A DNA stretch of 62,914 nt, taken from a virus. Lineage: Duplodnaviria > Heunggongvirae > Uroviricota > Caudoviricetes. The notes beneath the pieces were generated by a model. It ran no database searches. It saw only the letters and a program-made list of their open reading frames with translations, and was not told the origin of the DNA. How positions within the stretch are numbered: position 1 is the first letter of the stretch; each line of letters starts with the position of its first letter. The DNA lies in the IMG/VR virus record IMGVR_UViG_3300021403_000003, positions 113,952 to 176,865 of that record; one strand, 5' to 3'. This document shows positions 9,554 through 19,349 of the stretch, in pieces. Position numbers and translations under genes: made by a program.

Positions 9554-10324
9554 ATGAAGCTTACTATTCTCCCACTAACTCCATTGGTGACGGTGATCAC
9601 ATCAACAACAGCTAACCCTTTGTTAGATAAAGTTCTTAGATCAGTACAGTCACAAACTCATAAAAAAATTCATCATCTTTTAATGGTAGATGGTCCACAA
9701 CATCATATCAAAGTGACTGATTCTGTTAGTCAAGTTAAACAGGATTTCCCAAATGCAAATATTGATGTAGTGTATCTCCCTTATGCAACAGGAACCGAGC
9801 GTTTTAACGGTCATCGCAACCTGGCTGCTGGTGTTTATCTTGCCAAAGGGGATTACATTTGTTTTCTGGATGATGACAACACAATGGACCCGACACACAT
9901 TGAAGATTGTTGGAAAGTAACAAACGAAAATGGCAACAATTGGTCATACAGCCTCAGAAAAATTGTAGACAAACAACACAATTTCCTTTGTAATGATGAT
10001 TGTGAATCTCTCGGTAAATGGGCTTCAATCATCAATCCAAATGATTATTTTATTGATATGAATTGCTACTTTCTTCCAAAAAACATCGCACTCACTATTA
10101 CTCCTGTAATGCACCGTAAGTTTCGAGAACCTGGTCAGGTTGAAGTTGATAGAGCGATGATTGGTGCTCTTAAACAAATTGGAACTAAATTTGATACAAC
10201 TGGTAAGTATACAATCAACTATGCAGTTGGTGGAAGTGCATTGTCTGTAGCACCAGAATTCTTTGTTCGTGGTAATGCATTATTTGCCAATGAATATCCT
10301 AATGGTTTCCCTTGGAGAAGATAA
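9554..10324 (+). CDS. GT2 glycosyltransferase
   Basis: VTVITST..SVQSQT..LMVDG, GDYICFLDDDN (DxD). Confidence 0.85.
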   Translation: MKLTILPLTPLVTVITSTTANPLLDKVLRSVQSQTHKKIHHLLMVDGPQHHIKVTDSVSQVKQDFPNANIDVVYLPYATGTERFNGHRNLAAGVYLAKGDYICFLDDDNTMDPTHIEDCWKVTNENGNNWSYSLRKIVDKQHNFLCNDDCESLGKWASIINPNDYFIDMNCYFLPKNIALTITPVMHRKFREPGQVEVDRAMIGALKQIGTKFDTTGKYTINYAVGGSALSVAPEFFVRGNALFANEYPNGFPWRR

Positions 10325-11007
10325 TGGATCTTGTTGAAAAGGCTGTCATCATCAGTTTCTATATGCAAAATTGCCCAACAGAATTTCGGGATTATCAACA
10401 AAAGGTGGTTCAGAAGTTCAATCCTGGTTATCAGCATGCTCAAGTTCAATATGTTGGTGAACATGGTGCAGCTATGAATCAAGTTTTGAATATGGCAAAA
10501 GATCAGGGAGTCAAGGTTGTATTGTTTTTGGATATCGACGCTATTCCATTACACAAAGATGCACTACACTATTATATTAAGAAAGCTGCTGATGGTTTCT
10601 TAGTTGGTAATGCTCAAAGAAGCAATCATATAATCAACAATCAGCATGTATATTGTGGTTCACCTTGTGTTGGCATTTCCGTTGAGAATTGGATCAAAAT
10701 TGGTTCTCCATCAGCAAAACCAACTACAAGGGGTGATGTTGCTGAAGAGCTTACATATGCAGCAGAGGCAGCAAATCTACCAATAGACATAGTGATGCCT
10801 TCCCATCACGATGCTCCTCCAATCAGGATGCATTGGGAGAATGACATTCGTCCTTATTGGCCTTTAGCTGATGGTATGCCTGTGTATGGTATTGGAACCA
10901 CATATGAACTTCCAGGAATTGGTAATGGTCTTTGGCATATGTTTCAAAGCTTTCATCCAGGTCAAAAAGAACGTTTCATTAATAAGTGCAAAGAGGTATT
11001 GACATGA
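10324..11007 (+). CDS. GT-A-like glycosyltransferase
   Basis: VVLFLDIDAIPL DxD motif; TAATG coupling; sits in the glyco cluster. Confidence 0.6.
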   Translation: MDLVEKAVIISFYMQNCPTEFRDYQQKVVQKFNPGYQHAQVQYVGEHGAAMNQVLNMAKDQGVKVVLFLDIDAIPLHKDALHYYIKKAADGFLVGNAQRSNHIINNQHVYCGSPCVGISVENWIKIGSPSAKPTTRGDVAEELTYAAEAANLPIDIVMPSHHDAPPIRMHWENDIRPYWPLADGMPVYGIGTTYELPGIGNGLWHMFQSFHPGQKERFINKCKEVLT

Positions 11008-11177
11008 GTGATTTCTTTAATGTAGGTGATGTGGTAAGATTGAAAAATGGTACTGGACCAAATATGACTGTAGACAATGTTGAATCATACAGAGTCTATA
11101 CTCTTTGGTTTGTTGGTGATGTACTTAACAAAGGTCAATTTAACTCAGCTCTTTTGGAGAACGTTAATGGCAAATAG
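11004..11177 (+). CDS. YodC/DUF2158-like small protein
   Basis: FNVGDVVRLKNGTGPNMTV..YTLWF pattern; GAGG RBS. Confidence 0.7.
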   Translation: MSDFFNVGDVVRLKNGTGPNMTVDNVESYRVYTLWFVGDVLNKGQFNSALLENVNGK

Positions 11178-11385
11178 ATCAGATAGAAACAGTGCTCTTC
11201 CTCGTCAAACAAAGAGGATGCTTACCCTCATGAGCACCGGTGATGTTCATCGCGATGGGGAAGTCCGTCGGCTCTTCATTGGTGCTCATGATTCATACAA
11301 GCGTTGGCACAATCGCATGTTGAGTGGTCGTTTGGGTGAGGTTGAACCTCAAGAAGAAGCTCCAGTACCACAAGCAGTAAAATGA
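11167..11385 (+). CDS. hypothetical protein
   Basis: ATG 11167; GGAG upstream; ATGA overlap with the next gene. Confidence 0.65.
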   Translation: MANRSDRNSALPRQTKRMLTLMSTGDVHRDGEVRRLFIGAHDSYKRWHNRMLSGRLGEVEPQEEAPVPQAVK

Positions 11386-12761
11386 TCAAACTGATTGTGT
11401 TTGACTTAGACGGTGTCTTAGTGGACTCAAAGGAAGTCCACTTTGATGCGTTGAATGATGCAATTGCGAGCACCATCGGACTTGATTATGTGATTAGTAA
11501 GGAAGATCATCTTGCGCATTACGATGGATTGAGCACCAACAAAAAACTCAAAATGCTTCGTGAGAAATATCCTGATATTATTAAAGATGCTGGAGTTGAG
11601 AACCGTATCTGGATGGGCAAACAACTTGCTACAGGTCAGCGTCTCAAGAGCATACCATACAACACTCAATTGGTTGAATTGTTCAAGTTCCTACGTGCTG
11701 AAGGTTACAGAGTTGCTGTCGCAAGCAATGCAATCCGCAGTACAGTTAAAGAAATACTGATGGCTCTTGGAATTTATGTTTGGACTGATACTGTTCTTAG
11801 TAATAATGATGTCAAAAGACCAAAACCTTCAACAGAAATCTATCTGAAAGCAATGATAGACAATGATGTTGATCCTCAAGAAACCTTGATTGTTGAAGAC
11901 AGTCCAGTTGGTCTTAAAGGAGCAAAAGCCTCAGGTGCCCATGTTATGGCAGTTAAGGAGCCAAAGTCTTGGACAAAGGAAGACCTCATGAATGCGATCA
12001 ACAATGCTACTACACCAAAACCTGTTATTTGGCCAGCTCCGAAGTTGAATGTTGTTATCCCAATGGCAGGTGCTGGATCACGTTTCGAGAAGGCAGGTTA
12101 CACATTTCCAAAACCTTTGATTGAAGTTCGCGGAAAACCAATGATTCAAGTTGTAGTTGAGAATCTTGGAGTGGATGCAAATTTCATTTTCATTGCTCAA
12201 AAATCTCACATTGAGAAATACAACCTACAATCCATGATGAAATTAATTTCGCCAAAATCAACTGTTTTGGATATGGATGGTTTGAGTCAAGGAGCAGCTT
12301 GTACCGTACTTCGAGCCCATGAACTTATCAACAATAATGATCCTTTGTTGATTGCCAATTCAGATCAATTCCTTGAATGGAATCCTAGTGAATTCTTTTA
12401 TTTGGCAGAAAATGATAACTGTGATGGTGCTGTGATAACATTCAAAGCAACTCATCCAAAATGGTCATTTGCCAAAGTTGAGAATGGATTGATCACTGAA
12501 ATTGCTGAGAAAAATCCAATTAGTGATAATGCAACTGTTGGAGTGTATTACTGGAAGCATGGTTGGGAATTTGTTTGGTCTGCTCGTCAAATGATTGATC
12601 AAGATAAACGTGTCAACAATGAGTTTTATGTTGCCCCAACCATCAATGAACTCATCAATCAAGGAAAAAGATTCAAACCCTATCAAATTGACAAAATGTG
12701 GGGATTAGGAACTCCTGAGGACCTAAGTACCTTCCTAGAAAACTACAAGGGTGCAGTTTGA
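11382..12761 (+). CDS. HAD phosphatase / sugar nucleotidyltransferase fusion
   Basis: N-domain FDLDGVLVD..KPST..VEDSPVG (HAD); C-domain VVIPMAGAGSRF..PKPLI (NTP transferase). Confidence 0.88.
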   Translation: MIKLIVFDLDGVLVDSKEVHFDALNDAIASTIGLDYVISKEDHLAHYDGLSTNKKLKMLREKYPDIIKDAGVENRIWMGKQLATGQRLKSIPYNTQLVELFKFLRAEGYRVAVASNAIRSTVKEILMALGIYVWTDTVLSNNDVKRPKPSTEIYLKAMIDNDVDPQETLIVEDSPVGLKGAKASGAHVMAVKEPKSWTKEDLMNAINNATTPKPVIWPAPKLNVVIPMAGAGSRFEKAGYTFPKPLIEVRGKPMIQVVVENLGVDANFIFIAQKSHIEKYNLQSMMKLISPKSTVLDMDGLSQGAACTVLRAHELINNNDPLLIANSDQFLEWNPSEFFYLAENDNCDGAVITFKATHPKWSFAKVENGLITEIAEKNPISDNATVGVYYWKHGWEFVWSARQMIDQDKRVNNEFYVAPTINELINQGKRFKPYQIDKMWGLGTPEDLSTFLENYKGAV

Positions 12762-13360
12762 TGAGTATATATTTTGATGTTGGTGCCAACGATGGTACTT
12801 CAATGGAAAGATTTGCATTTCAGGGTCATATCTTGATTTCATTTGAACCAAATCCGGAGTTAGGTTCTATAATCAAGGGTAAACAACAATTATACCCAAA
12901 TTGGCATTTATTTCCTGTAGCTGTCTCAGATTATGATGGTGAAGCAGAATTCAATATTTGCACAACTCATGATCGTGGTTGTTCATCCCTTTTGGATGTT
13001 TCAGAAGCAGGCAAAACTCAATGGGGTGGTCGCAGGGATATGATTCCTGATCATAAGATCAAAGTTTCCGTCCGACGTTTGGACACGTTATTGGATTGGT
13101 CGATAATCCCTGAAATTGAGTTTTTTCATTGTGATACTCAAGGCAGTGATTTGGCAGTATTGAAAGGGATGGGAGAATTCATCAAACGCATCAAGGTAGG
13201 AGTTGTAGAGGCAGGAACAAAGCCTGATATTCTCTATGTTGGTCAAAATTCAGTCGATGCGACGATTCAATATCTTCAAGAAAATGGATTCAAAATCAAC
13301 GGTATGACATCAAATGATGTCGGTAACAACGAAGTCAACATTTCATTCATTCGTATATGA
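12761..13360 (+). CDS. FkbM-family methyltransferase
   Basis: YFDVGANDG, SFEPNP, AVSD, CDTQGSDLAVL. Confidence 0.88.
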   Translation: MSIYFDVGANDGTSMERFAFQGHILISFEPNPELGSIIKGKQQLYPNWHLFPVAVSDYDGEAEFNICTTHDRGCSSLLDVSEAGKTQWGGRRDMIPDHKIKVSVRRLDTLLDWSIIPEIEFFHCDTQGSDLAVLKGMGEFIKRIKVGVVEAGTKPDILYVGQNSVDATIQYLQENGFKINGMTSNDVGNNEVNISFIRI

Positions 13361-14055
13361 AAATCGCTCTTTGTTTTTCTGGAATGGCAAGAACATTCCA
13401 AGAATGTATTCCAAGTGTCATAACTCATATAATTCAGGAAAATCCTGGACACCAGTTTGATTCATTCATATCAATTTGGGATATCCATGGCAAAAATCCT
13501 GTTTGGTGGGAAGTATCAAAAGACAATACACCAGTTGATTTAAACAAATTGATGGAATTCAAAAAGGATCTCAATATCAAAAGACTTCTGGTTGACACGT
13601 ATGAAAATTCTGATTTCATGAAGAAAACAGATATTGAGCTTGGTGGTATCTACAAAGATCGTAAAGGACCAAGTCACAACCCAACAAACTTTATTCCAAT
13701 GTTAAAAAGAATGGAATGGGCTCACATCTTGATGTTGGATAATGGTGCAAACTATGATATCGTTGTAAAACTCAGAACTGATCTCTTATTCAATGGTAGA
13801 GTTGTGTTCACTCTACCACAACCAAAGACTGTATACATGCCCACCCATGAGTGTTGGGGACCAGGGAATCTTAATGACCAATTTCTTTATGGTGATGGTC
13901 ATGTAATGTCCTTTCATGCATCAATGTACAAGAATTTAGAAGCTCTTTATATCCAAGAAAATACACTTCATCCAGAAACTCTTTTGCATAAATATTATAC
14001 AATCCATGGTATCAACGTTGAACGTCATGAAGTACCATACAGGATTTTGAGATAA
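13357..14055 (+). CDS. putative glycosyltransferase-like protein
   Basis: MKIALCFSG..R start, YDIVVKLRTDL and NDQFLYG, common in polysaccharide loci. Confidence 0.6.
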   Translation: MKIALCFSGMARTFQECIPSVITHIIQENPGHQFDSFISIWDIHGKNPVWWEVSKDNTPVDLNKLMEFKKDLNIKRLLVDTYENSDFMKKTDIELGGIYKDRKGPSHNPTNFIPMLKRMEWAHILMLDNGANYDIVVKLRTDLLFNGRVVFTLPQPKTVYMPTHECWGPGNLNDQFLYGDGHVMSFHASMYKNLEALYIQENTLHPETLLHKYYTIHGINVERHEVPYRILR

Positions 14056-14537
14056 TGCTGATCATTGCTCATCGCGGAAATTTGGAAGGACCTTCCCCAC
14101 AAGAAAATAAACCAGAATATATCCAAAAAGCATTGGATTATGGATTTATTGTTGAAGTTGATGTTTGGGGAATAGATTGCAATTCTAACAATATGATCTG
14201 GTTGGGACACGATGGTCCTCATTATCCAAAACAATTTGAATGGTTGTTAAAACCAGGATTGTTCATTCATTGTAAAGATATTGCAGCACTTTGGCATTGT
14301 AAGGAATTGGGTGTCAAACATTATTTTTCTCATGACAAAGACAAAGCTGTAATGACATCTTCAGGTTATTTCTGGACTTATCCTGACAATAATATTGAAT
14401 TGACCAAATTCAGCATCCCGGTAATCTTTAGCAAGAAAGACTCATTGTGGGGTGTACAATCACTTTCTCAAGTTGCTGGTATTTGCACTGATTATCCTGT
14501 GCATTATGATGCTTTATTTAATCAAGGTGCGATATGA
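14055..14537 (+). CDS. GDPD/PI-PLC-like phosphodiesterase
   Basis: IIAHRGN, VEVDVW, LGHD, IHCKD, GICTDY. Confidence 0.78.
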   Translation: MLIIAHRGNLEGPSPQENKPEYIQKALDYGFIVEVDVWGIDCNSNNMIWLGHDGPHYPKQFEWLLKPGLFIHCKDIAALWHCKELGVKHYFSHDKDKAVMTSSGYFWTYPDNNIELTKFSIPVIFSKKDSLWGVQSLSQVAGICTDYPVHYDALFNQGAI

Positions 14538-14683
14538 GTAATGTAAAAGAATACAATTTGATCATGACAAGTCATCAAGCAGATCTTCTTAGAGATGCTA
14601 TCTCTGATAAATTAAAAGATGACGATCCAGAAATGAAAGAATCCATAGAAGAATTGGAAAAGATACTTGAACAACTTGCCTAA
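14534..14683 (+). CDS. 49-aa acidic hypothetical protein
   Basis: Read by hand (MSNVKEYNL...EQLA); ATGA overlap with the upstream gene. Confidence 0.55.
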   Translation: MSNVKEYNLIMTSHQADLLRDAISDKLKDDDPEMKESIEELEKILEQLA

Positions 14684-14709
14684 ATAGCAAATCTGAAAAG
14701 AGGTAAATT

Positions 14710-15030
14710 ATGTCTAATGTACTTGTGTTGAAGCTCTCTACAGGAGAGGAAATCATTGGTGATGTTACAACTCCAAGTGAAGGTGTTGTTCATGTAGAAT
14801 TTGGTCTTCTACTTCATTACGAAATGCAAGATGGTGGAAAGCTAGGGTTCGGTTTCCTTCCTTACGCACCACTTGTGGACAAAAACAAGAATATCAATCA
14901 AGCTCATATTGTTTGGTCTGCTGAACCAACCGAAAGTTTGTTGAATGCATATAAACAAGCCACAGGTAAGGTTGTAACACCAACTACCAAGATTCTGGCT
15001 CCAGGTAGTGGTTTGTTATTGAAGGGTTAA
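14710..15030 (+). CDS. T4-like conserved hypothetical protein (possible Sm-like fold)
   Basis: VLKLSTGEEIIG start; GAGG RBS; position upstream of gp43. Confidence 0.65.
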   Translation: MSNVLVLKLSTGEEIIGDVTTPSEGVVHVEFGLLLHYEMQDGGKLGFGFLPYAPLVDKNKNINQAHIVWSAEPTESLLNAYKQATGKVVTPTTKILAPGSGLLLKG

Positions 15031-15031
15031 A

Positions 15032-15241
15032 ATGCATACAGTCACCTTCCAATTCAATGTGGGAAACAAAGTTTTATGGAAAAATCCATGGGACAAAACT
15101 GAAAAGATCACTAAAGGAATTGTCATAACTTGTTCCTATGACAAAGGCATGTTTGATGAAGTTCCTCACATTGAATACATCGTATCATCAGCTTGTATGA
15201 ATTTGATCTGTCAAGAAAAAGATCTATCACTTGCTGAATAG
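15032..15241 (+). CDS. hypothetical protein
   Basis: FNVGNKV.. SH3-like start; tight spacing. Confidence 0.55.
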   Translation: MHTVTFQFNVGNKVLWKNPWDKTEKITKGIVITCSYDKGMFDEVPHIEYIVSSACMNLICQEKDLSLAE

Positions 15242-15288
15242 GCATTCTGCGTCGGAACATAGTTCCATTAACGCCAGAGGTTAACCAA

Positions 15289-17847
15289 TTGACGAAGTTC
15301 TATACATCAGCCGTTTTGGACGGTAAGCATATCCTTTACCGTGGTATCGAGAATGGTAAAAGGGTGAATCGTAAGATCGAATTCAAACCAAAGCTTTACA
15401 TCAAAGGTCATGGTAATTGGCAATCTCTTGAAGGTCATACTCTTCAAGAGCGTCAATTTAGCAATGTTTGGGAAGCCAGAGAATTTGTTAAGAAGCACGA
15501 GGCAATATCCAATTTCAAAATTTATGGGAACCAACGATGGGAATATGCCTTCATTGGTGATGAATTTCCTGGATTGATCGATTACGATCTATCAAAGATA
15601 GTCATTGCACAAATCGATATTGAAGTTGCTGATAATGATGGATTTCCAGAACCGCACATAGCAACACAACCAATTACTGCTATCACTCTGAATGTCTCAG
15701 GGACATATTATGTGTTTGGTTATGGTGATTTCAATACTGATAAAAAAGATACCAAATATTTCAAGTGTATCAATGAAGTCGACCTAATCAATAAATTTAT
15801 CGAGATTTGGGATTTGTTACAGCCAGATATCATCTCAGGTTGGAACATAGAGATTTTCGATATACCTTATTTCATCAATAGAGCAACCAAAATTTTGGGG
15901 GCTCAAGAAGCTGCTAAGTTGTCACCTTGGAGAAAAATAACTCTGAGAGAACAAAAAATCCGCAATCGTATTCATCAAATGTATGACATTGATGGTGTAG
16001 CAGTTCTTGACTATATTCAATTGTACAAGAAGTTTGCACCTCAACCAAATCAAGAAAAATACAGTTTGGACAACATCAGTTCAGTAGAACTAGGTTCCGC
16101 AAAAGTCAATTGGAAATCTCAGGGTTACAAGAATTTGGTTGATTTGGCAAAATGTAATCATCAATTGTTCATTGAATATAACATTCAAGACGTCGCCTTA
16201 GTGATGCAAATTGAATCAAAGCTAAAATTGATTGAACTTGCAATTACTTTGGCTTACATGAATCATGTTAACTTTGATGATGTTTTCAGTCAAGGCCGGA
16301 TGTGGGATGCAATTATCTTCAACAAACTCAAAGATCGTAAGATTGCTGTCCCTCCAAATCCAGATGTTAGTAAAAAACAACAATTTGAAGGTGCATATGT
16401 CAAGGAACCAAAACCAGGATGGTATCATTGGTTAGCCTCATTTGATTTGACCAGCCTGTATCCTCATTTGATAATGATGTACAATCTCTCACCTGAGACA
16501 TTACTTGAACCTCATGATTATCCTTCAGAAGTTGCAATTTGGATGGATCAACATCGAGATGAATTAATGCATCGTGGGGTTGACTTATTGCTTTCTCAAA
16601 CTCTAGACACTTCAGTATTGAAGAAATACAACCTGACCCTTACTCCAAATGCACAGTTGTTTAGGCGAGACCGTCAGGGAATACTCGGTGAGTTGATGGA
16701 GACTATGTTCAACGAACGCAAGAAGTTCAAAGATTTGGAAATCAAAACCAAAAAACTCATTGAGAAAACTGATGATAAAATCGAAAAGGAAAAGCTAAAG
16801 AAACAGGCTGCTAGTTACAAAGCATTTCAGATGTCCATCAAAGTCACTCTGAATTCAGCTTATGGGTCAATTGGTAACATGTATTTCCGATACTTTGACA
16901 TTCGTATTGCTGAAGCTGTGACACTGACAGGTCAGTTATCAATTCGTTGGATTCAACAAGAAATCAATAAGTATTTGAACAAGATACTTAAAACATCTGA
17001 TGAAGATTATGTATTAGCATCTGATACAGATTCAGTGTATTTGAGTTTTGATCGTATGGTTCAATTGCTGATGCCAAATGAAAAAGATCCAAAGAAAATC
17101 ATTGCATTCCTAGACAAAATTTGTGAGCAGAAGATTAAGCCTTTTATCGATGATGCTTACAATCGATTGGCTGATTATATTAATGCTTATGCTCAAAAAA
17201 TGGTCATGAAGCGTGAAGCTTTGGCTGATCAAGGTATTTGGACCAAGAAGAAAAACTACATGCTCAGTGTGTATAATAATGAGGGTGTTGAATATGACAA
17301 ACCTGACATCAAAATCACAGGTTGGGCTGCAGTTCGAACTGACAAACCCAAATTTTGTCGCGACAAACTCAAAGAAGCTATCGCATTGATCATGTCCAAA
17401 AAGGATGAATCATCACTCATTAAATTTGTGAGGGACTTTCGTGAAGAATTCAAGAAACAACCAGTGATCAAGATAGCAAATCCCAGCGGTATCACTGAAA
17501 TCGATGATTGGTCTGATACTGAAGCAATCTTTCAAAAAGGTACCCCAATTCACGTTAAGGCTGCATTGTTGTATAATCACTACATTCAACAGATGGGATT
17601 GCAGAAGAAATATCCTGAAATCAAGGCAAAGGACAAGATGAAGTATCTCCGTCTCAAAACACCGAATCCATTTCAGTGTGATGTTATGGGTTTCTTAGAT
17701 GAAATTCCAGTAGAATTTGACCTTGATGTATATTTGGACATTGAAGCTCAATTCCAAAAGACCTTTGTTCAACCATTAGAGCTCGTGCTCGAAGCTATCA
17801 ATTGGAAACTTGAACGAGGGGATTCACTAGAAGAATTATTTGGATAG
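15289..17847 (+). CDS. 43: family B DNA polymerase (gp43)
   Basis: DIEV exonuclease I, SFDLTSLYPHL, KVTLNSAYG, ASDTDSVY; TTG start after GAGG. Confidence 0.97.
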   Translation: MTKFYTSAVLDGKHILYRGIENGKRVNRKIEFKPKLYIKGHGNWQSLEGHTLQERQFSNVWEAREFVKKHEAISNFKIYGNQRWEYAFIGDEFPGLIDYDLSKIVIAQIDIEVADNDGFPEPHIATQPITAITLNVSGTYYVFGYGDFNTDKKDTKYFKCINEVDLINKFIEIWDLLQPDIISGWNIEIFDIPYFINRATKILGAQEAAKLSPWRKITLREQKIRNRIHQMYDIDGVAVLDYIQLYKKFAPQPNQEKYSLDNISSVELGSAKVNWKSQGYKNLVDLAKCNHQLFIEYNIQDVALVMQIESKLKLIELAITLAYMNHVNFDDVFSQGRMWDAIIFNKLKDRKIAVPPNPDVSKKQQFEGAYVKEPKPGWYHWLASFDLTSLYPHLIMMYNLSPETLLEPHDYPSEVAIWMDQHRDELMHRGVDLLLSQTLDTSVLKKYNLTLTPNAQLFRRDRQGILGELMETMFNERKKFKDLEIKTKKLIEKTDDKIEKEKLKKQAASYKAFQMSIKVTLNSAYGSIGNMYFRYFDIRIAEAVTLTGQLSIRWIQQEINKYLNKILKTSDEDYVLASDTDSVYLSFDRMVQLLMPNEKDPKKIIAFLDKICEQKIKPFIDDAYNRLADYINAYAQKMVMKREALADQGIWTKKKNYMLSVYNNEGVEYDKPDIKITGWAAVRTDKPKFCRDKLKEAIALIMSKKDESSLIKFVRDFREEFKKQPVIKIANPSGITEIDDWSDTEAIFQKGTPIHVKAALLYNHYIQQMGLQKKYPEIKAKDKMKYLRLKTPNPFQCDVMGFLDEIPVEFDLDVYLDIEAQFQKTFVQPLELVLEAINWKLERGDSLEELFG

Positions 17848-17857
17848 GAGGTAACAG

Positions 17858-18952
17858 ATGGGATTTTTCGATAATCTAGTTCAGAAGGCTGGTAATGAAT
17901 TCATGGCCAAAGTTTCTGAGAACCTTGATGATGGCATCAGGTTCATTGATACAGGTTCATATGCTCTAAATGCTTTGCTTTCAGGGAGCATCTATGGCGG
18001 CATGCCAAATAACAAAGCTTTTGCACTTGCTGGTGAGGAATCAACAGGTAAAAGTTTTTTTGCTCTATCCATTGCAAGCTATTTTCAACAATTAAATCCA
18101 ACAGGTGCTGTAATCTGCTTTGAAACAGAAGGTGCATTGGATGATACTGTTTCTACAAAAGAAATGTTGAAGGCTCGTGGTATCGATGTTGATAGATTTT
18201 ATCTATTACCAGCCACAACTGTGGAAGATTTCAGAACTCAATGTTTGAAAGTTCTGAATGAATATCTTGCTACTCCAAAGAAAGATCGCAAACCAATGTT
18301 GATGATCCTTGATTCTTTGGGTATGTTATCAACAAACAAGGAAATGGCTGATATCGCTGAGGGTAAGGGTACAAGAGACATGACTCGTTCGCAGATCATC
18401 AGAGGGGCATTCAGAGTATTGACCTTGAAGATGAATCGTGCTCGTGTACCTATGATCATTACAAATCATACATATGAAGTTGTTGGTGCTTATCATCCAA
18501 CAAAAGAAATGTCAGGTGGTGGTGGATTGAAATTTGCTGCATCAATTATTGGATTCCTGTCCAAAAGTAAGGCAAAAGAAGGTGATGCTGATGATGGTCA
18601 GTTGATTGGTGCTAAGATCACTGTCAAAATTGATAAATCTAGATTCACCCGTGAAGAAAAGAAACTGTCTATCATCTTAAATCACTCAAAAGGTCTTGAT
18701 AGATATTATGGATTATTGGAAATTGCAGAGCTGGGAGGAGTGATCAAGAAGATCAGTACCAAGTATGAATTTCCTAATGGTACTACAGCTTTCAAGAAGC
18801 ACATCAACAAGGATCCAGAAAAATATTTCACTAAAGAAGTTCTTGATTTGATTGATGTAACAGCTGGTAAGATCTTCAAATATGGTCAAGATGATATCCT
18901 TCCTGAAGATGAGGCAGAAGTCAATGTTAATGAAAATATTGAACAAGCTTGA
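17858..18952 (+). CDS. uvsX: UvsX RecA-like recombinase
   Basis: IDTGSYALNALLSGSIYGG, AGEESTGKS, ILDSLGML, MSGGGGLKFAAS. Confidence 0.95.
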   Translation: MGFFDNLVQKAGNEFMAKVSENLDDGIRFIDTGSYALNALLSGSIYGGMPNNKAFALAGEESTGKSFFALSIASYFQQLNPTGAVICFETEGALDDTVSTKEMLKARGIDVDRFYLLPATTVEDFRTQCLKVLNEYLATPKKDRKPMLMILDSLGMLSTNKEMADIAEGKGTRDMTRSQIIRGAFRVLTLKMNRARVPMIITNHTYEVVGAYHPTKEMSGGGGLKFAASIIGFLSKSKAKEGDADDGQLIGAKITVKIDKSRFTREEKKLSIILNHSKGLDRYYGLLEIAELGGVIKKISTKYEFPNGTTAFKKHINKDPEKYFTKEVLDLIDVTAGKIFKYGQDDILPEDEAEVNVNENIEQA

Positions 18953-19349
18953 TTTTGCTATTCATCGTTGGAGATATGCTGAAGGGCGTTATTACAAACA
19001 TACATCTTTTAGTATATCAGAAGGTGATGATATTGAATATATGGCTTTCAAAATATTGAAAGGACCATTCAAAGGCACTGTTTATTGTTACACAAAATTG
19101 ACTTACACTGATAATGGAGTTGATTTTGGATGGTTTATTGTAAAAGGAAAAGGTAAAGAAAATCCTAAATTCCCAAAAATTGCTCGCAACATTCTTTTAG
19201 TCATCCTACATCATTTGATGGAGGGTAAAGGATTCCAAATGGGTTTAAAGCCTGGGGAAGAGTATGAGTCAGATCGAGAAAGTCATTCTGAAGAATCTTA
19301 TAACGAACGAACCATTCGTAAGGAAGGTTCTTCCCTATTTGAAGAATGA
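18930..19349 (+). CDS. gp40-like head vertex assembly chaperone (tentative)
   Basis: Occupies the uvsX-40-41 position; ILKGPFKGTVYCY motif; C-terminus overlaps the gp41 start. Confidence 0.5.
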   Translation: MKILNKLDFAIHRWRYAEGRYYKHTSFSISEGDDIEYMAFKILKGPFKGTVYCYTKLTYTDNGVDFGWFIVKGKGKENPKFPKIARNILLVILHHLMEGKGFQMGLKPGEEYESDRESHSEESYNERTIRKEGSSLFEE

